64,000 nucleotides of DNA from a virus (lineage: Duplodnaviria > Caudoviricetes). The notes beneath the pieces were generated by a model. It saw only the letters and a program-made list of their open reading frames with translations. It searched no databases and was not told the DNA's origin. The DNA is taken from IMG/VR virus record IMGVR_UViG_3300001765_000027, positions 1 through 64,000 of that record, one strand, 5' to 3'. Positions 30,106-39,642 of the stretch are shown one piece after another. The number at the start of each line of letters is the position of its first letter. The stretch's first letter is position 1. Both the position numbers and the translations under genes were made by a program.

Positions 30106-30648
30106 ATGAGTTCTACAGTGTTGGGTATCGACCCTAGCCTGACTAGTCTTGGTCTGTCCTACCGCGTCAATGATAAGGTCTTAGCTTTTTGTATCGGCGG
30201 TAAAGAGCGCAGGGGTATCGATAGGATAAAGTACATACGAGACTCTGTAGCTCAAGCCTTGGATATGTACGAACCTACACTCGTGGCTTACGAGGGGTAT
30301 GCGCTAGGTTTCAGGGGTAAGAGCAATATTATTTTTGACCTAGGGGAATTAGGTGGAGTTCTAAAACTATTGATTTTAGAGCGCGGTATTGATATATTGC
30401 TTATCCCGCCAACGAGTTTGAAATTGTTTGCAACGGGCAAAGGCAATGCAGATAAAGAGCAAGTGTCGGTAGCGTTAAGAGAAGAGTTAGGCGTATCATT
30501 CTCTACAAGCGACCAGTATGATGCAGCAGGGTTGCTGTTGATGGGCGAGATGTACTATAGTAGTAATGCGCCATCTAGGAGAGGGCGTAAACCTATCGCC
30601 CACAGGCAACGAGCATTAGCTGCAAGCACGTTGTTAGAAGCAAATTGA
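30106..30648 (+). CDS. ruvC: RuvC-like Holliday junction resolvase
   Basis: VLGIDPSL, YEGY, ELGGV, P..LK..ATGKGNADK, DQYDA. Confidence 0.85.
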   Translation: MSSTVLGIDPSLTSLGLSYRVNDKVLAFCIGGKERRGIDRIKYIRDSVAQALDMYEPTLVAYEGYALGFRGKSNIIFDLGELGGVLKLLILERGIDILLIPPTSLKLFATGKGNADKEQVSVALREELGVSFSTSDQYDAAGLLLMGEMYYSSNAPSRRGRKPIAHRQRALAASTLLEAN

Positions 30649-30763
30649 AATCGGTTGCAAAAGTAGTCTGTTGGTTGCGTTAGTTTTTTGGTTTAAGTAG
30701 CATACGGTCATGCAAGAAAGGTTCTTGCACGTTTTTCGGTAAACATGAAAGGAAGGTGGAATT

Positions 30764-31981
30764 ATGGCTAAGTCCAAGTTTGCAGTTGGTAATAACGTTA
30801 CATTCAAGGGTTACTCTGATAACGTACCGGAAGACGAGCAATTGCTTGTTGAAGGTGAGAGCTACGAAGTAGCTGAGGTCAACGACAAGGAGAAATCTAT
30901 TGCCGTGCAGATCGATAACCCCGACTTCAACGCCAAGAAAAAAGAATCTGAAGCCAATCCCAAGACTATTCTTGTCGATGTTTTCTTCGACGAGGTTGAT
31001 CTTGCGGCTGACGAGGCTGAAGAAGCGGAAGAGGAAGTGGAAGAGAAACCCGCTCGTGGTCGTACCGTGAAGGCTGCACCAGCTAAGGCTAAGGCCAAGG
31101 TTGAGGAAGCTGACGAGGCTGATGACGAAGCTGAAGAAGCTGAAGAAGAGGCTCCCAAGGCTAAAGCTAAGGCTAAGCCAGCCGCTAAGGTGGCAGCTAA
31201 GCCGGCAGCAAAGGCTAAGGCAGTAGCTAAACCGAAGGCTAAGGCTGTTGCTAAGCCCAAGAAGGAAGAGGCTGAAGAAGTCGATCCGTTCCCCGAACTT
31301 GAAAACGAGAACGAGGAAGTCCTTGCTCTGGTTAACGATGCTGAGGATATTCTTGAACTGGCTAACGAGTTGGTTGAAGACAGCGCGGCTCTGGACTACA
31401 AGCTTGGTGGCGTTCTTTACCACATTCGTCTTGGCAAGTCTTACCAAGAAGTCGATCCTGCTTACAAGGAAAAGGGCGGATGGCAGCAGTACATCGATGA
31501 CAAGCTCCCCGGACTTGGCTATCGCAAGGCAATGCACCTGATCCAGATTTACTACAATTTCTGCCTCAACGGTATCGATGCAGAGAAAGTGGCAGAACTT
31601 GGTTGGACTAAGTGCAGCAAGATTGCTGCGGTTATGACTTCCGAGAACGCTGAAGAGCTTGTCGAGCTTGCCGAGAAGTCTTCGGTTGCTGAGTTGTCCG
31701 ATACCATCAAGGAATCGTACAAGGAAGTCGGCGGCGAGAAGGGCGAAAAGCGGCGTAAGCTGATGTTCAAGTTCCGCCTTTGGGAAGACCAAGCGGCGGC
31801 TGTTGAAGAGACCATCAATGGCGTTGCTGAGCAGATGGGCTTCAAAGACCTTAGCGATGCTTTCGAGCATATCGTTATGGAATGGGCGGCTGAGCATCCT
31901 TTGACTAAGAAGGCACCGGCTAAGGCCACAGCGAAAGCTGCCCCGGCCAAGGCTACCGGCAAGGTCAAGGCAAGCGCTTAA
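30764..31981 (+). CDS. abundant acidic, Ala/Lys-rich protein of unknown function
   Basis: Strong RBS, strongly biased codons, acidic tracts and H1-like KAKA/KPAA repeats, LGWTK motif. Confidence 0.75.
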   Translation: MAKSKFAVGNNVTFKGYSDNVPEDEQLLVEGESYEVAEVNDKEKSIAVQIDNPDFNAKKKESEANPKTILVDVFFDEVDLAADEAEEAEEEVEEKPARGRTVKAAPAKAKAKVEEADEADDEAEEAEEEAPKAKAKAKPAAKVAAKPAAKAKAVAKPKAKAVAKPKKEEAEEVDPFPELENENEEVLALVNDAEDILELANELVEDSAALDYKLGGVLYHIRLGKSYQEVDPAYKEKGGWQQYIDDKLPGLGYRKAMHLIQIYYNFCLNGIDAEKVAELGWTKCSKIAAVMTSENAEELVELAEKSSVAELSDTIKESYKEVGGEKGEKRRKLMFKFRLWEDQAAAVEETINGVAEQMGFKDLSDAFEHIVMEWAAEHPLTKKAPAKATAKAAPAKATGKVKASA

Positions 31982-32000
31982 TCTGGTAGTTCCGCTAATG

Positions 32001-32041
32001 AAGGGGCAGGGCCTGTTATGGGTCTTGCCCCTTTTGTCTTT
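32001..32041 (+). terminator. intrinsic terminator
   Basis: AAGGGGCAGGGCC...GGTCTTGCCCCTT stem followed by T-rich run. Confidence 0.7.
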
Positions 32042-32052
32042 AGGAGTTCATA

Positions 32053-32766
32053 ATGGTTGCTGCAAGACGATCTAGGACGAGGCCCAGTACTACAAGTCCT
32101 GAGGCTACTACAAATAAGCTACATACGCGTGTTCAACTTGAGTATAGGGATATACATGAACTACAGAACTACGAGTTCAACCCAAGAGACAATGGCCCTG
32201 CTATTGATTCTGTTGCTGCCTCTATTCGTACTTTTGGCTTCCTCATTCCTGTTGTTGTTGATTCCAGTAATGTTCTTGTTGCGGGTCATACACGAGTTGC
32301 GGCGGCTAAACAACTGGGCATGCACGAGGTTCCGGTTGTCCAAGTAGATCACTTAAGCGAAGCTGAAATAAATGCTTTCCGCGTTATTGACAACAAGGTA
32401 GCAGAACTTGCCAAGTGGGACTTTGATCTACTATCTGGCGAAATATCCAAGCTGCAAGGGTCAGGGCTTATGCTTACTGACTTCGGATGGACTCGTGAGG
32501 AGATTGATTGCCTTACAGACGTAGTTGCTGATGATTGCCTTAACTCATCTAACTTGGTAGACGCTGCGGCGCAAGACCGTATTCGTAGGTCAGAGCGCAG
32601 GGCACCAGCTACTGCTAGGTTTGTTTTAGGAGAGCTTGTATTTTTTATTCAAGCGGCAGACTACAGGGAATGGGTAAATGGTGTGCGCACCCTACACGAC
32701 TACGACGAGCAGGCTATCATTGCTGATCTAAAGCGTAGGCTAGGTATCACGCAGCATCAAAATTGA
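32053..32766 (+). CDS. ParB/Srx N-terminal domain protein
   Basis: YEFNPR, SI..FGF..PVVVD, AGHTR, R..DNK...LAKWD..LL. Confidence 0.88.
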   Translation: MVAARRSRTRPSTTSPEATTNKLHTRVQLEYRDIHELQNYEFNPRDNGPAIDSVAASIRTFGFLIPVVVDSSNVLVAGHTRVAAAKQLGMHEVPVVQVDHLSEAEINAFRVIDNKVAELAKWDFDLLSGEISKLQGSGLMLTDFGWTREEIDCLTDVVADDCLNSSNLVDAAAQDRIRRSERRAPATARFVLGELVFFIQAADYREWVNGVRTLHDYDEQAIIADLKRRLGITQHQN

Positions 32767-32788
32767 AATCGATTGCAAAGGTAAAATC

Positions 32789-34279
32789 ATGGTAAATAAT
32801 AGGCCGATTGGTAAGGTGACGCCAGACCATACAAACCCACGTAAGGCGGATCAGGCTAGGCTAGGGTTACTTCGCCTATCCTTAGCTAAACTGGGGTTCA
32901 TCATGCCCGTATATTCCACACCTACAGGCATGCTTCTATCTGGGCATCAACGTAGAACCGTAGCCTTGGATATGGGTATCAAGAAGCTTCCTGTAGTTAC
33001 TGTTGATATACAGGATAAGGATGTTAAGGGTATCAACATCTTATTCAATCGTGCTACAAATGATTTCAATGCGTTTGATACCGGCAGCAACATACAAGGA
33101 AGGTTAAGCCTTGACGATGTTATCGCTGCCGCAGAGAACCTTCCTGATTTTGAGGGTGAGGATTGGCTAGCCTTAGCCTGTGAGGAAAAACCTGTAGTAG
33201 ATTTCGGAAAAGATACCGGAGACCAGTACGATAAAAAGGCGGTCGTTCTGGCTGACAGCGTAATGCGAATGGGCATCCGCATACCGGTTGTAGTATCGGA
33301 GTCGGGGCAGGTAGTTAACGGCGTATATAGGCTATTTGCCGCCAAGGAAGCAGGGGAGAAGACATGGCCTATCATCGTAGTACCTGATGAGCTTGCCAAG
33401 GTAGCTTTGAACTTCCTCAATTACCTAAGCATGGACTTTCATGTGGATGATGATTTTGCCAAGATGATGCGTTACTCTGCGTATCGTCGCCCACAGAATA
33501 ATCGAGGCAATGTACCTAAAGCGTATCGCTACTGGGCTAATGGTGGGCGCACTCTACTTGACCGTGATTCATACAGTACAGACTACTGGCGTAAGTTCCG
33601 CGATCTGCACGGTAACGGTTTGCTAGATTTCGGTGCTGGTTTGTGCAAAGTAAAGCCTTTCTTGGAAGAGCGTGGCATGAACTGTAGTGAGTTTGAGCCT
33701 TACCGTATAGACCCTTCAGCAGAGAATGGTGTGCCTAGCCCTGACTTTTCAAAGAAAATGGCTAAGGTGTTCCTAGACGAGATTGCTGACGGTAGGCACT
33801 TTACGTCTATCTTCCTAGCCTCAGTAATGAACAGCGTACCGTTTCCGCAAGACCGCATGGCTGTACTAGCTATCGTACATGCCCTATCGGATAAGGATAC
33901 CTGTATATACGGTACTTGTAGGGATATAAGCGATTTCAATTATGAGTATGGTGGTATACGCAACGCAAACTACTTTGTGTTTGATTCGGAACCGGGGGTG
34001 CGTATAGGTGATGTAATGCGTAACCCTAAGGTGCAGAAGTTCCACACAACAGAAGAGGCTGAGACTATGTTTTCTCGCCTGTGGAACAAGCGGGAGTTTC
34101 ACCCCGGAGGTAACGTGTTCTACTGGAAGCTATCATCGCCCAAGGGGGTTAATGCCAAGGTGCTTGGTAAGGCGCTAGAGATTGAGTTTGATCTACCTTA
34201 CTCAGATGGAACCTCTATGGGGCTGGTCGAATATGCCAAGGATGCCTTTGCCAAACGACTAAGAATTGTGGTACCCTGA
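32789..34279 (+). CDS. tandem ParB-like domains fused to a SAM-dependent methyltransferase-fold domain
   Basis: NPR / LSGHQR and VNGVYR ParB motifs; LLDFGAG SAM-binding motif, FEPY, FLASVMNSVP amino-MTase-like motif. Confidence 0.78.
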   Translation: MVNNRPIGKVTPDHTNPRKADQARLGLLRLSLAKLGFIMPVYSTPTGMLLSGHQRRTVALDMGIKKLPVVTVDIQDKDVKGINILFNRATNDFNAFDTGSNIQGRLSLDDVIAAAENLPDFEGEDWLALACEEKPVVDFGKDTGDQYDKKAVVLADSVMRMGIRIPVVVSESGQVVNGVYRLFAAKEAGEKTWPIIVVPDELAKVALNFLNYLSMDFHVDDDFAKMMRYSAYRRPQNNRGNVPKAYRYWANGGRTLLDRDSYSTDYWRKFRDLHGNGLLDFGAGLCKVKPFLEERGMNCSEFEPYRIDPSAENGVPSPDFSKKMAKVFLDEIADGRHFTSIFLASVMNSVPFPQDRMAVLAIVHALSDKDTCIYGTCRDISDFNYEYGGIRNANYFVFDSEPGVRIGDVMRNPKVQKFHTTEEAETMFSRLWNKREFHPGGNVFYWKLSSPKGVNAKVLGKALEIEFDLPYSDGTSMGLVEYAKDAFAKRLRIVVP

Positions 34280-34302
34280 TCGTTCACTAAGGCGGAAACA
34301 CC

Positions 34303-35046
34303 ATGAGCATAGAAAAGATTGCTGGCAACGTAGTTCACTACCCTAAGCGGCGTAACGTGTTTGAGTTTGACGCAGAGGTTAGCGACATATTCCCTGATAT
34401 GGCTAAGCGCAGTATTCCTATGTATGAGGAGGCGCATAGGCTGCACGTATCTTTGCTTAAGGATACGCTATCTAAGGATCATGTAATAGTCTATGATGTG
34501 GGGGCCTCTCGTGGGCACTTCTTCAAAGAGATTTGCAATCAATTACAAATACCTATAGAGACAGGTAGCAGTAGCTTTAATTTCACTGCTATAGATATGT
34601 CACCGTTTATGCTAAACAGGCTATCTATTGAGATGCCTTGGGTACATACGCTAGAGGCAGACGCGAAGAACCTAGTAACTATGCCAGCGCAGGCGGATGT
34701 AATCTGCATGTTCTACATCTTGCAATTCTTACAGGAAGATAAGGATAAGGCTAAGTTGCTTGACTGGGCTTATGAGTCATTGCGGGAGGGTGGCGTACTT
34801 ATACTTGGTCAGAAAGACGAGCCTACAGATACCTACTCTAAACAGTTTGCCTCTGAGTATTATGATTTCCGCAGGGCTAATGGTTATTCAGACGAAGAGA
34901 TAGAGGCTAAGACAGTAGCCTTGCGTAACTCGATGTGGCCTTCATCCCCGGCGTGGTTAGAGAGTATGTGCTACGGCGCTAAGTTCAAGGATTACGTTGA
35001 GACTACGCGGTGGCTACAGTTTTCCACAAGTATGTGTACCAAGTAA
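34303..35046 (+). CDS. cmoA: CmoA-like (carboxy-SAM synthase family) protein
   Basis: FD.EV...FPDM..RS.P.Y, VYDVGASRG, AID.SP.M, LQF, GG.LIL..K, DF.RANGYS..EI..K...L.N.M match CmoA as I recall it. Confidence 0.85.
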   Translation: MSIEKIAGNVVHYPKRRNVFEFDAEVSDIFPDMAKRSIPMYEEAHRLHVSLLKDTLSKDHVIVYDVGASRGHFFKEICNQLQIPIETGSSSFNFTAIDMSPFMLNRLSIEMPWVHTLEADAKNLVTMPAQADVICMFYILQFLQEDKDKAKLLDWAYESLREGGVLILGQKDEPTDTYSKQFASEYYDFRRANGYSDEEIEAKTVALRNSMWPSSPAWLESMCYGAKFKDYVETTRWLQFSTSMCTK

Positions 35047-35055
35047 GGAGCCGTC

Positions 35056-35832
35056 ATGGACGATGATACTGGGTCGCAAGGGCAAGGTCGCCGTATATCC
35101 CGTAGGAACAGGGCTGGATTTGCTTTTACTAGATCGTCTCTAGCTGACTCTACTAGCGGTGAGGGCGTAGGTGATGTAGCCGATATTAACGAGGAAGTGG
35201 AGGCTATGGCTAGCGAGCCTACGGCAGTAGTACAGCCACGGCCTGAGGCCTTAGTTCCGGCAGCTACCGTAGCGGGTAATCCGTCTGAGGAGTTTAATCC
35301 CAGAGACAGGCTTGGTCAGGTACGGCGTAGGGCTGGAGAGTACGAGAAGGAATATAGGCTAGGGTTACTGCATCGTCTTATGATGCGCCGTATCCCTATC
35401 GATGAGATTGCAGACCAGCTAGGTATATCTGTATCGCAGGTATATCGTGATAGGGAAGAGCTTAAGCGTAGGCTACGCCAAGATGCTCGTGCCTTAGACA
35501 TTGAAGAGATAATTGGTGATAGTAAAGGGTACTATGACGAAGCTGCGGCTATGGCTATGCGAGCCGCGTCCAACTCAAATATACCCATGCCCATGCGGCT
35601 TGCTGCTATACGTACTGCGCTAGCCGCTAAGAATGACATGCACAGGTTCTTCCAGACAGCGGGAGTGTACGATGTGTTACGCTTCAAGCTAGCACAAGAC
35701 GGTACCGGTATGTCTGACGTTAAGAGACTTATGGAAAATACAGAACGTCTATTGCAGGGCGAGTCTCTTGAGTTTAGTAATGTGGCTAAAGAGGTTATAG
35801 ATTCAGGTAGCCACGAGGAGCTTGAACTGTGA
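35056..35832 (+). CDS. putative terminase small subunit
   Basis: HTH IDEIADQLGISVSQVYRD; overlaps terL start. Confidence 0.6.
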   Translation: MDDDTGSQGQGRRISRRNRAGFAFTRSSLADSTSGEGVGDVADINEEVEAMASEPTAVVQPRPEALVPAATVAGNPSEEFNPRDRLGQVRRRAGEYEKEYRLGLLHRLMMRRIPIDEIADQLGISVSQVYRDREELKRRLRQDARALDIEEIIGDSKGYYDEAAAMAMRAASNSNIPMPMRLAAIRTALAAKNDMHRFFQTAGVYDVLRFKLAQDGTGMSDVKRLMENTERLLQGESLEFSNVAKEVIDSGSHEELEL

Positions 35833-37787
35833 CAGCAGCTAGAGTTAGGCGTGGTAGAAGACCAACTCCGGGGGTAGCTAGTGGAGTTAGTGAGCAAGCG
35901 GCTAGGGTAGTTAAGCAGGCTTACGAGGCTATAGAAACCTGTGATAATAAACTATTCGGTAGGATGTATGCCTACTCGCTAGAGCGTAAGGTGTATAGCA
36001 ATGATCCGCACCTGTTCAATTTCCTAAAGCACCTAACACACGCACCTGTAGGCATAGAGGAGTTTCTAGATAGCCCTGAGTTTCTTGGGGCTACTGATAT
36101 AACACTATGGCCTGAGGTTCGTAAGGCGATCATCGCTATCAATGAGAATTGGTGGATGGGGCCGGGAGAGTCTTACGCAGAGGCTGTATTGATGGGGTCT
36201 ACCTCGTCTGGCAAATCAGAGATAGCCAAGATTACCACTCTATATCATCTGTACCTTCTGTCCTGTGTGGATGTACCGCAGGCGCTGTACGGCCTACCTA
36301 AGACTACCTCAATAGTCTTCGCCATCATGGCGGCTAAACCACACGTAACCAAGAAAGTTCTGTACGCACCGCTTCGTAAATTGGTGGAGGGAATACCCTA
36401 CTTCCAGAAGCATCTACGGCCTAACAAGCTGGTAGAGTCTGAGATGATCTTTGACGAGAAGAACATACGTGTAGTTCCGGGTGGCTCTGATGCTGATGCC
36501 ATCTTAGGTGAAGCTATCATCGGCGGAATCATAGATGAAATTAACTTTATGAATGTGGTACTAAAGTCTAAGAGGGCTGAAGTAACCACAGGAAGGGCTG
36601 GTGTATACGATCAGGCCGAGACTATCCATAGTGCAATGACGCGCCGTAAGAAAGGCCGGTTTATCAGCCAAGGCCCAGTGATAGGAGTTATATGTACCTC
36701 TTCATCTACCCGTTATAAAGGCGACTTCACTGACAAGCGTAAACAGCAGGTAATACAGCATAAAGAGAAGGGTGTATACATATACGATAGGCCACAGTAT
36801 GAGGTATGGCCGGCAGAGCGGTATTGTGGCGATAAGTTTAGATTGTTAGTAGGTAATGATGTAGTTAGTGATACTCGCGTATTATCTGATGGCGAGAAAG
36901 TACCGGAAGGCTCTATGGTGCTAGACATACCAGTAGAGTATCTATCTGATTTTCAGGCTAACCCTCATTCTGCTTTGCGTGACGTATGTGGTATATCCAA
37001 TAGCTCAATCAGTCCGTTCTTCCGCAGACGCTTCAAGATATACGAAGCTGTCGATCTTGGTACAGAGCATGGGGTAGAGTCTTTCCTAGATAAGGACAAT
37101 GTGATACTGGGCGTAGATGATATGCCAAGAGTCAAGTTCGGTCACTACTGCCCCAATCCATCAAGGCCAAGGTACGTACATATCGACCTATCAACAACGG
37201 GGGATAGATGCGGTATAGCGATGGTGCGATTCGACGGCATGGTAGATGTAGAGCGTAATGGTGGGATCATTGAGAAGCTTCCTATAGCTACCGTAGAGCT
37301 TGCTTGCTCTATCGCACCAGACGCTAACAATGAGCTACAGTTTGCCGAAGTACGGATGTGGGTAAAGCAACTACGCGATATGTATGGGTACCCTATCAAG
37401 TCTGTAACTTACGACGGTGTATTCAGTATTGAGTCTATCCAGCAATGGCGTAAGCAGGGGATGAAGACAGGGCATATATCGGTGGATAAAACCTCAGTGC
37501 CGTATAAGCAGCTACGAGACACGTTCAATGACGGTAGGCTGCGTATGCACAGCCAAGATGTGTTGATTAACGAGTTCTTTGAGTTGGAGTATGATGAGGT
37601 TAAAGACAAGATAGACCACCCGCCTAATGGATCGAAGGACGTAGCCGACGCTGTATGCGGGGCCTACTATTCCATGCTTATGCGTAGAGCGTCATGGACT
37701 TCTGCACAGATGGATGATGAAACGCTTGCTGCTAGTGGCGGTAGGGTGGAGTACGACGAGAGGTATGAGACTAGAGAGCGTTCGTAG
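35829..37787 (+). CDS. terminase large subunit
   Basis: GSTSSGKS Walker A, GIIDEINF Walker B, SS coupling motif, HIDLS nuclease Asp, TYD, DHPP.GSKDVADA. Confidence 0.9.
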   Translation: MTAARVRRGRRPTPGVASGVSEQAARVVKQAYEAIETCDNKLFGRMYAYSLERKVYSNDPHLFNFLKHLTHAPVGIEEFLDSPEFLGATDITLWPEVRKAIIAINENWWMGPGESYAEAVLMGSTSSGKSEIAKITTLYHLYLLSCVDVPQALYGLPKTTSIVFAIMAAKPHVTKKVLYAPLRKLVEGIPYFQKHLRPNKLVESEMIFDEKNIRVVPGGSDADAILGEAIIGGIIDEINFMNVVLKSKRAEVTTGRAGVYDQAETIHSAMTRRKKGRFISQGPVIGVICTSSSTRYKGDFTDKRKQQVIQHKEKGVYIYDRPQYEVWPAERYCGDKFRLLVGNDVVSDTRVLSDGEKVPEGSMVLDIPVEYLSDFQANPHSALRDVCGISNSSISPFFRRRFKIYEAVDLGTEHGVESFLDKDNVILGVDDMPRVKFGHYCPNPSRPRYVHIDLSTTGDRCGIAMVRFDGMVDVERNGGIIEKLPIATVELACSIAPDANNELQFAEVRMWVKQLRDMYGYPIKSVTYDGVFSIESIQQWRKQGMKTGHISVDKTSVPYKQLRDTFNDGRLRMHSQDVLINEFFELEYDEVKDKIDHPPNGSKDVADAVCGAYYSMLMRRASWTSAQMDDETLAASGGRVEYDERYETRERS

Positions 37788-37860
37788 TCTGGAGTTTGAC
37801 CTATAAACTGGTTTAGGAGTAAGATGCAACCTCATAATTATTAACGAGAAAGGGCGACCC

Positions 37861-38151
37861 ATGAATGAACTTCTGCAAAACTATTCGGCTATTGAGCTTG
37901 CGGCTATGGCATACCTAGCCTTAGCTATTGTAAAAATTATCCTATGCTTAGGTAACGTTAACGTCGCCACAGGGGTTCTGCATAGAAAACTAGGTACGCA
38001 TTCACGCACTTTCTACTTTGTAGTAGCAGTACTATTGACTACGGTAGTGGCGTTCTTCCGCGTACCGTACGCATTACGTACTGAGGGCTTTCGTTTTTTC
38101 TTAGTCTACGCAGATAGAAAAGTAATACGCGATATCTTGTCTGGTATTTGA
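37861..38151 (+). CDS. small membrane protein (2 TM)
   Basis: Two hydrophobic segments; preceded by TTGACC-N18-TAAGAT. Confidence 0.55.
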   Translation: MNELLQNYSAIELAAMAYLALAIVKIILCLGNVNVATGVLHRKLGTHSRTFYFVVAVLLTTVVAFFRVPYALRTEGFRFFLVYADRKVIRDILSGI

Positions 38152-38177
38152 AATCAATTTCAAAAAGGGAGAACACT

Positions 38178-38963
38178 ATGAGGATAGTGCAACCGTCCTT
38201 CGTAATAGAGGACTGCAACAAGGTAATGCGCAACATAGAGCGAGGGGCGCGTATATGCTACAAGTCAGAAGACAAGATATGCCCCGGCAGTGACGCAGAG
38301 ATTATAAGTAAGATTCTTACTCCCAAGCACGGAATTAAGCATGAGTCTGTGCTAGAGCATGGGGTAATTACGGTCACCATTGTAAATGATCGTGGCGTAT
38401 CGCATGAGGAGGTCAGGCACCGTATTGCTGCCTTCTCTCAGGAGTCTACTAGGTACTGCAATTATTCAAAGAATAAATACGGCAATGAGATTACTGTAGT
38501 AGAGCCGTTTTTCTTTGACCCCACCGAGGAATTGTCTGTGGTAAAGATGCCTACCTCGCTACTGTATCAGCAGTCTATGGGTTCCGGCACAGCAAGTTCT
38601 ACAAAGCTAACTGGCTTAACAGACCACATAGATATTTACGTTAACTCTTTTGACGTATGGATGATTACCTGCTTATGGGCAGAGTGGGGATACAACACAC
38701 TTACGCAGGTTATGAAGCGCAGTGCGCAAGAGGCTAGGTCTGTGCTGCCAAACAGCCTCAAGACAGAGCTTCAAATCACTGCTAACGTACGGGAGTGGAG
38801 ACACATACTTGCCTTACGCACTAACCGTGATGCACACCCTCAGATACGTCAGGTTATGGTTCCTCTTGGCTGGGCGATGGCAGAGCGTTGGCCTGTGCTA
38901 TTCGGTGAGTTTATAGAGGCAGAGCATAGCCATCCCGCCGATGGTATAGACCGTGTAGAGTAA
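38178..38963 (+). CDS. thyX: flavin-dependent thymidylate synthase
   Basis: HESVLEH, RHRIAAFSQESTRY, ARSVLP, N.REW.H...LR, AHPQIR. Confidence 0.95.
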   Translation: MRIVQPSFVIEDCNKVMRNIERGARICYKSEDKICPGSDAEIISKILTPKHGIKHESVLEHGVITVTIVNDRGVSHEEVRHRIAAFSQESTRYCNYSKNKYGNEITVVEPFFFDPTEELSVVKMPTSLLYQQSMGSGTASSTKLTGLTDHIDIYVNSFDVWMITCLWAEWGYNTLTQVMKRSAQEARSVLPNSLKTELQITANVREWRHILALRTNRDAHPQIRQVMVPLGWAMAERWPVLFGEFIEAEHSHPADGIDRVE

Positions 38964-38969
38964 CGCATC

Positions 38970-39197
38970 ATGGGGCTATATTTAGTGGAAATGACGCAGT
39001 ACAACAGGGTCATTAGCGTACGCTCTGACACGAACGATTACGATACGGCGAATACAGTATTCACACACCTGAAGAAAGAACCTTGCAGAGAGCTAAAGTT
39101 CTCTAAGGTAGTTAAGGGTGTGAAAGTATTGTTGAAGCATGTAACGAAGATTAAACACCAATCAACAGTAATAACAAGGAGAGGTATAGAGCCATGA
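38970..39197 (+). CDS. hypothetical protein
   Basis: Coupled to dUTPase start. Confidence 0.45.
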   Translation: MGLYLVEMTQYNRVISVRSDTNDYDTANTVFTHLKKEPCRELKFSKVVKGVKVLLKHVTKIKHQSTVITRRGIEP

Positions 39198-39640
39198 AAG
39201 TGAAGATAGCTAAGACACATGCAGATTCTATTATCCCGCAATACAAGTCGGCAGGCGCTGCATGCTTTGACCTACACGCTAGGTTTTTTGACAGGTCGAT
39301 CACTGATACTGTAGTAGTGACTCCCGGCAACCCTCAAGTATTCCCTACTGGGGTTATGGTGGAGATTCCAGAGGGGCATGTAATGTTGGTGTTTTCTCGT
39401 AGCGGTCATGGGTTCAAAGACGATACCCGTCTAGCTAATTGCGTAGGCATCATCGACGCAGATTACCGTGGAGAGATTATGGTTAAGCTTACCTGCGATA
39501 ATGGTTCACTGACTATCAAGCATGAGGATCGTGTAGCGCAGGCTATGGTAGTGCCTATTGATCGTGTTGAGTTTGAAGTAGTGGACGCGCTTGGGGAAAC
39601 TGAGCGTGGCGCTGGCGGCTTTGGTAGTACTGGAGCCTAG
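39194..39640 (+). CDS. dut: dUTPase
   Basis: AACFDL, SRSG, GIIDADYRGE, RVAQ, RGAGGFGSTG. Confidence 0.96.
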   Translation: MKVKIAKTHADSIIPQYKSAGAACFDLHARFFDRSITDTVVVTPGNPQVFPTGVMVEIPEGHVMLVFSRSGHGFKDDTRLANCVGIIDADYRGEIMVKLTCDNGSLTIKHEDRVAQAMVVPIDRVEFEVVDALGETERGAGGFGSTGA

Positions 39641-39642
39641 TT

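Noticed and set aside
30680-31897. 405-aa minus-strand ORF and other long antisense ORFs (13407, 16342, 24674, 57131)
   Set aside because: Shadows of codon-biased + strand genes; no RBS or domain motifs
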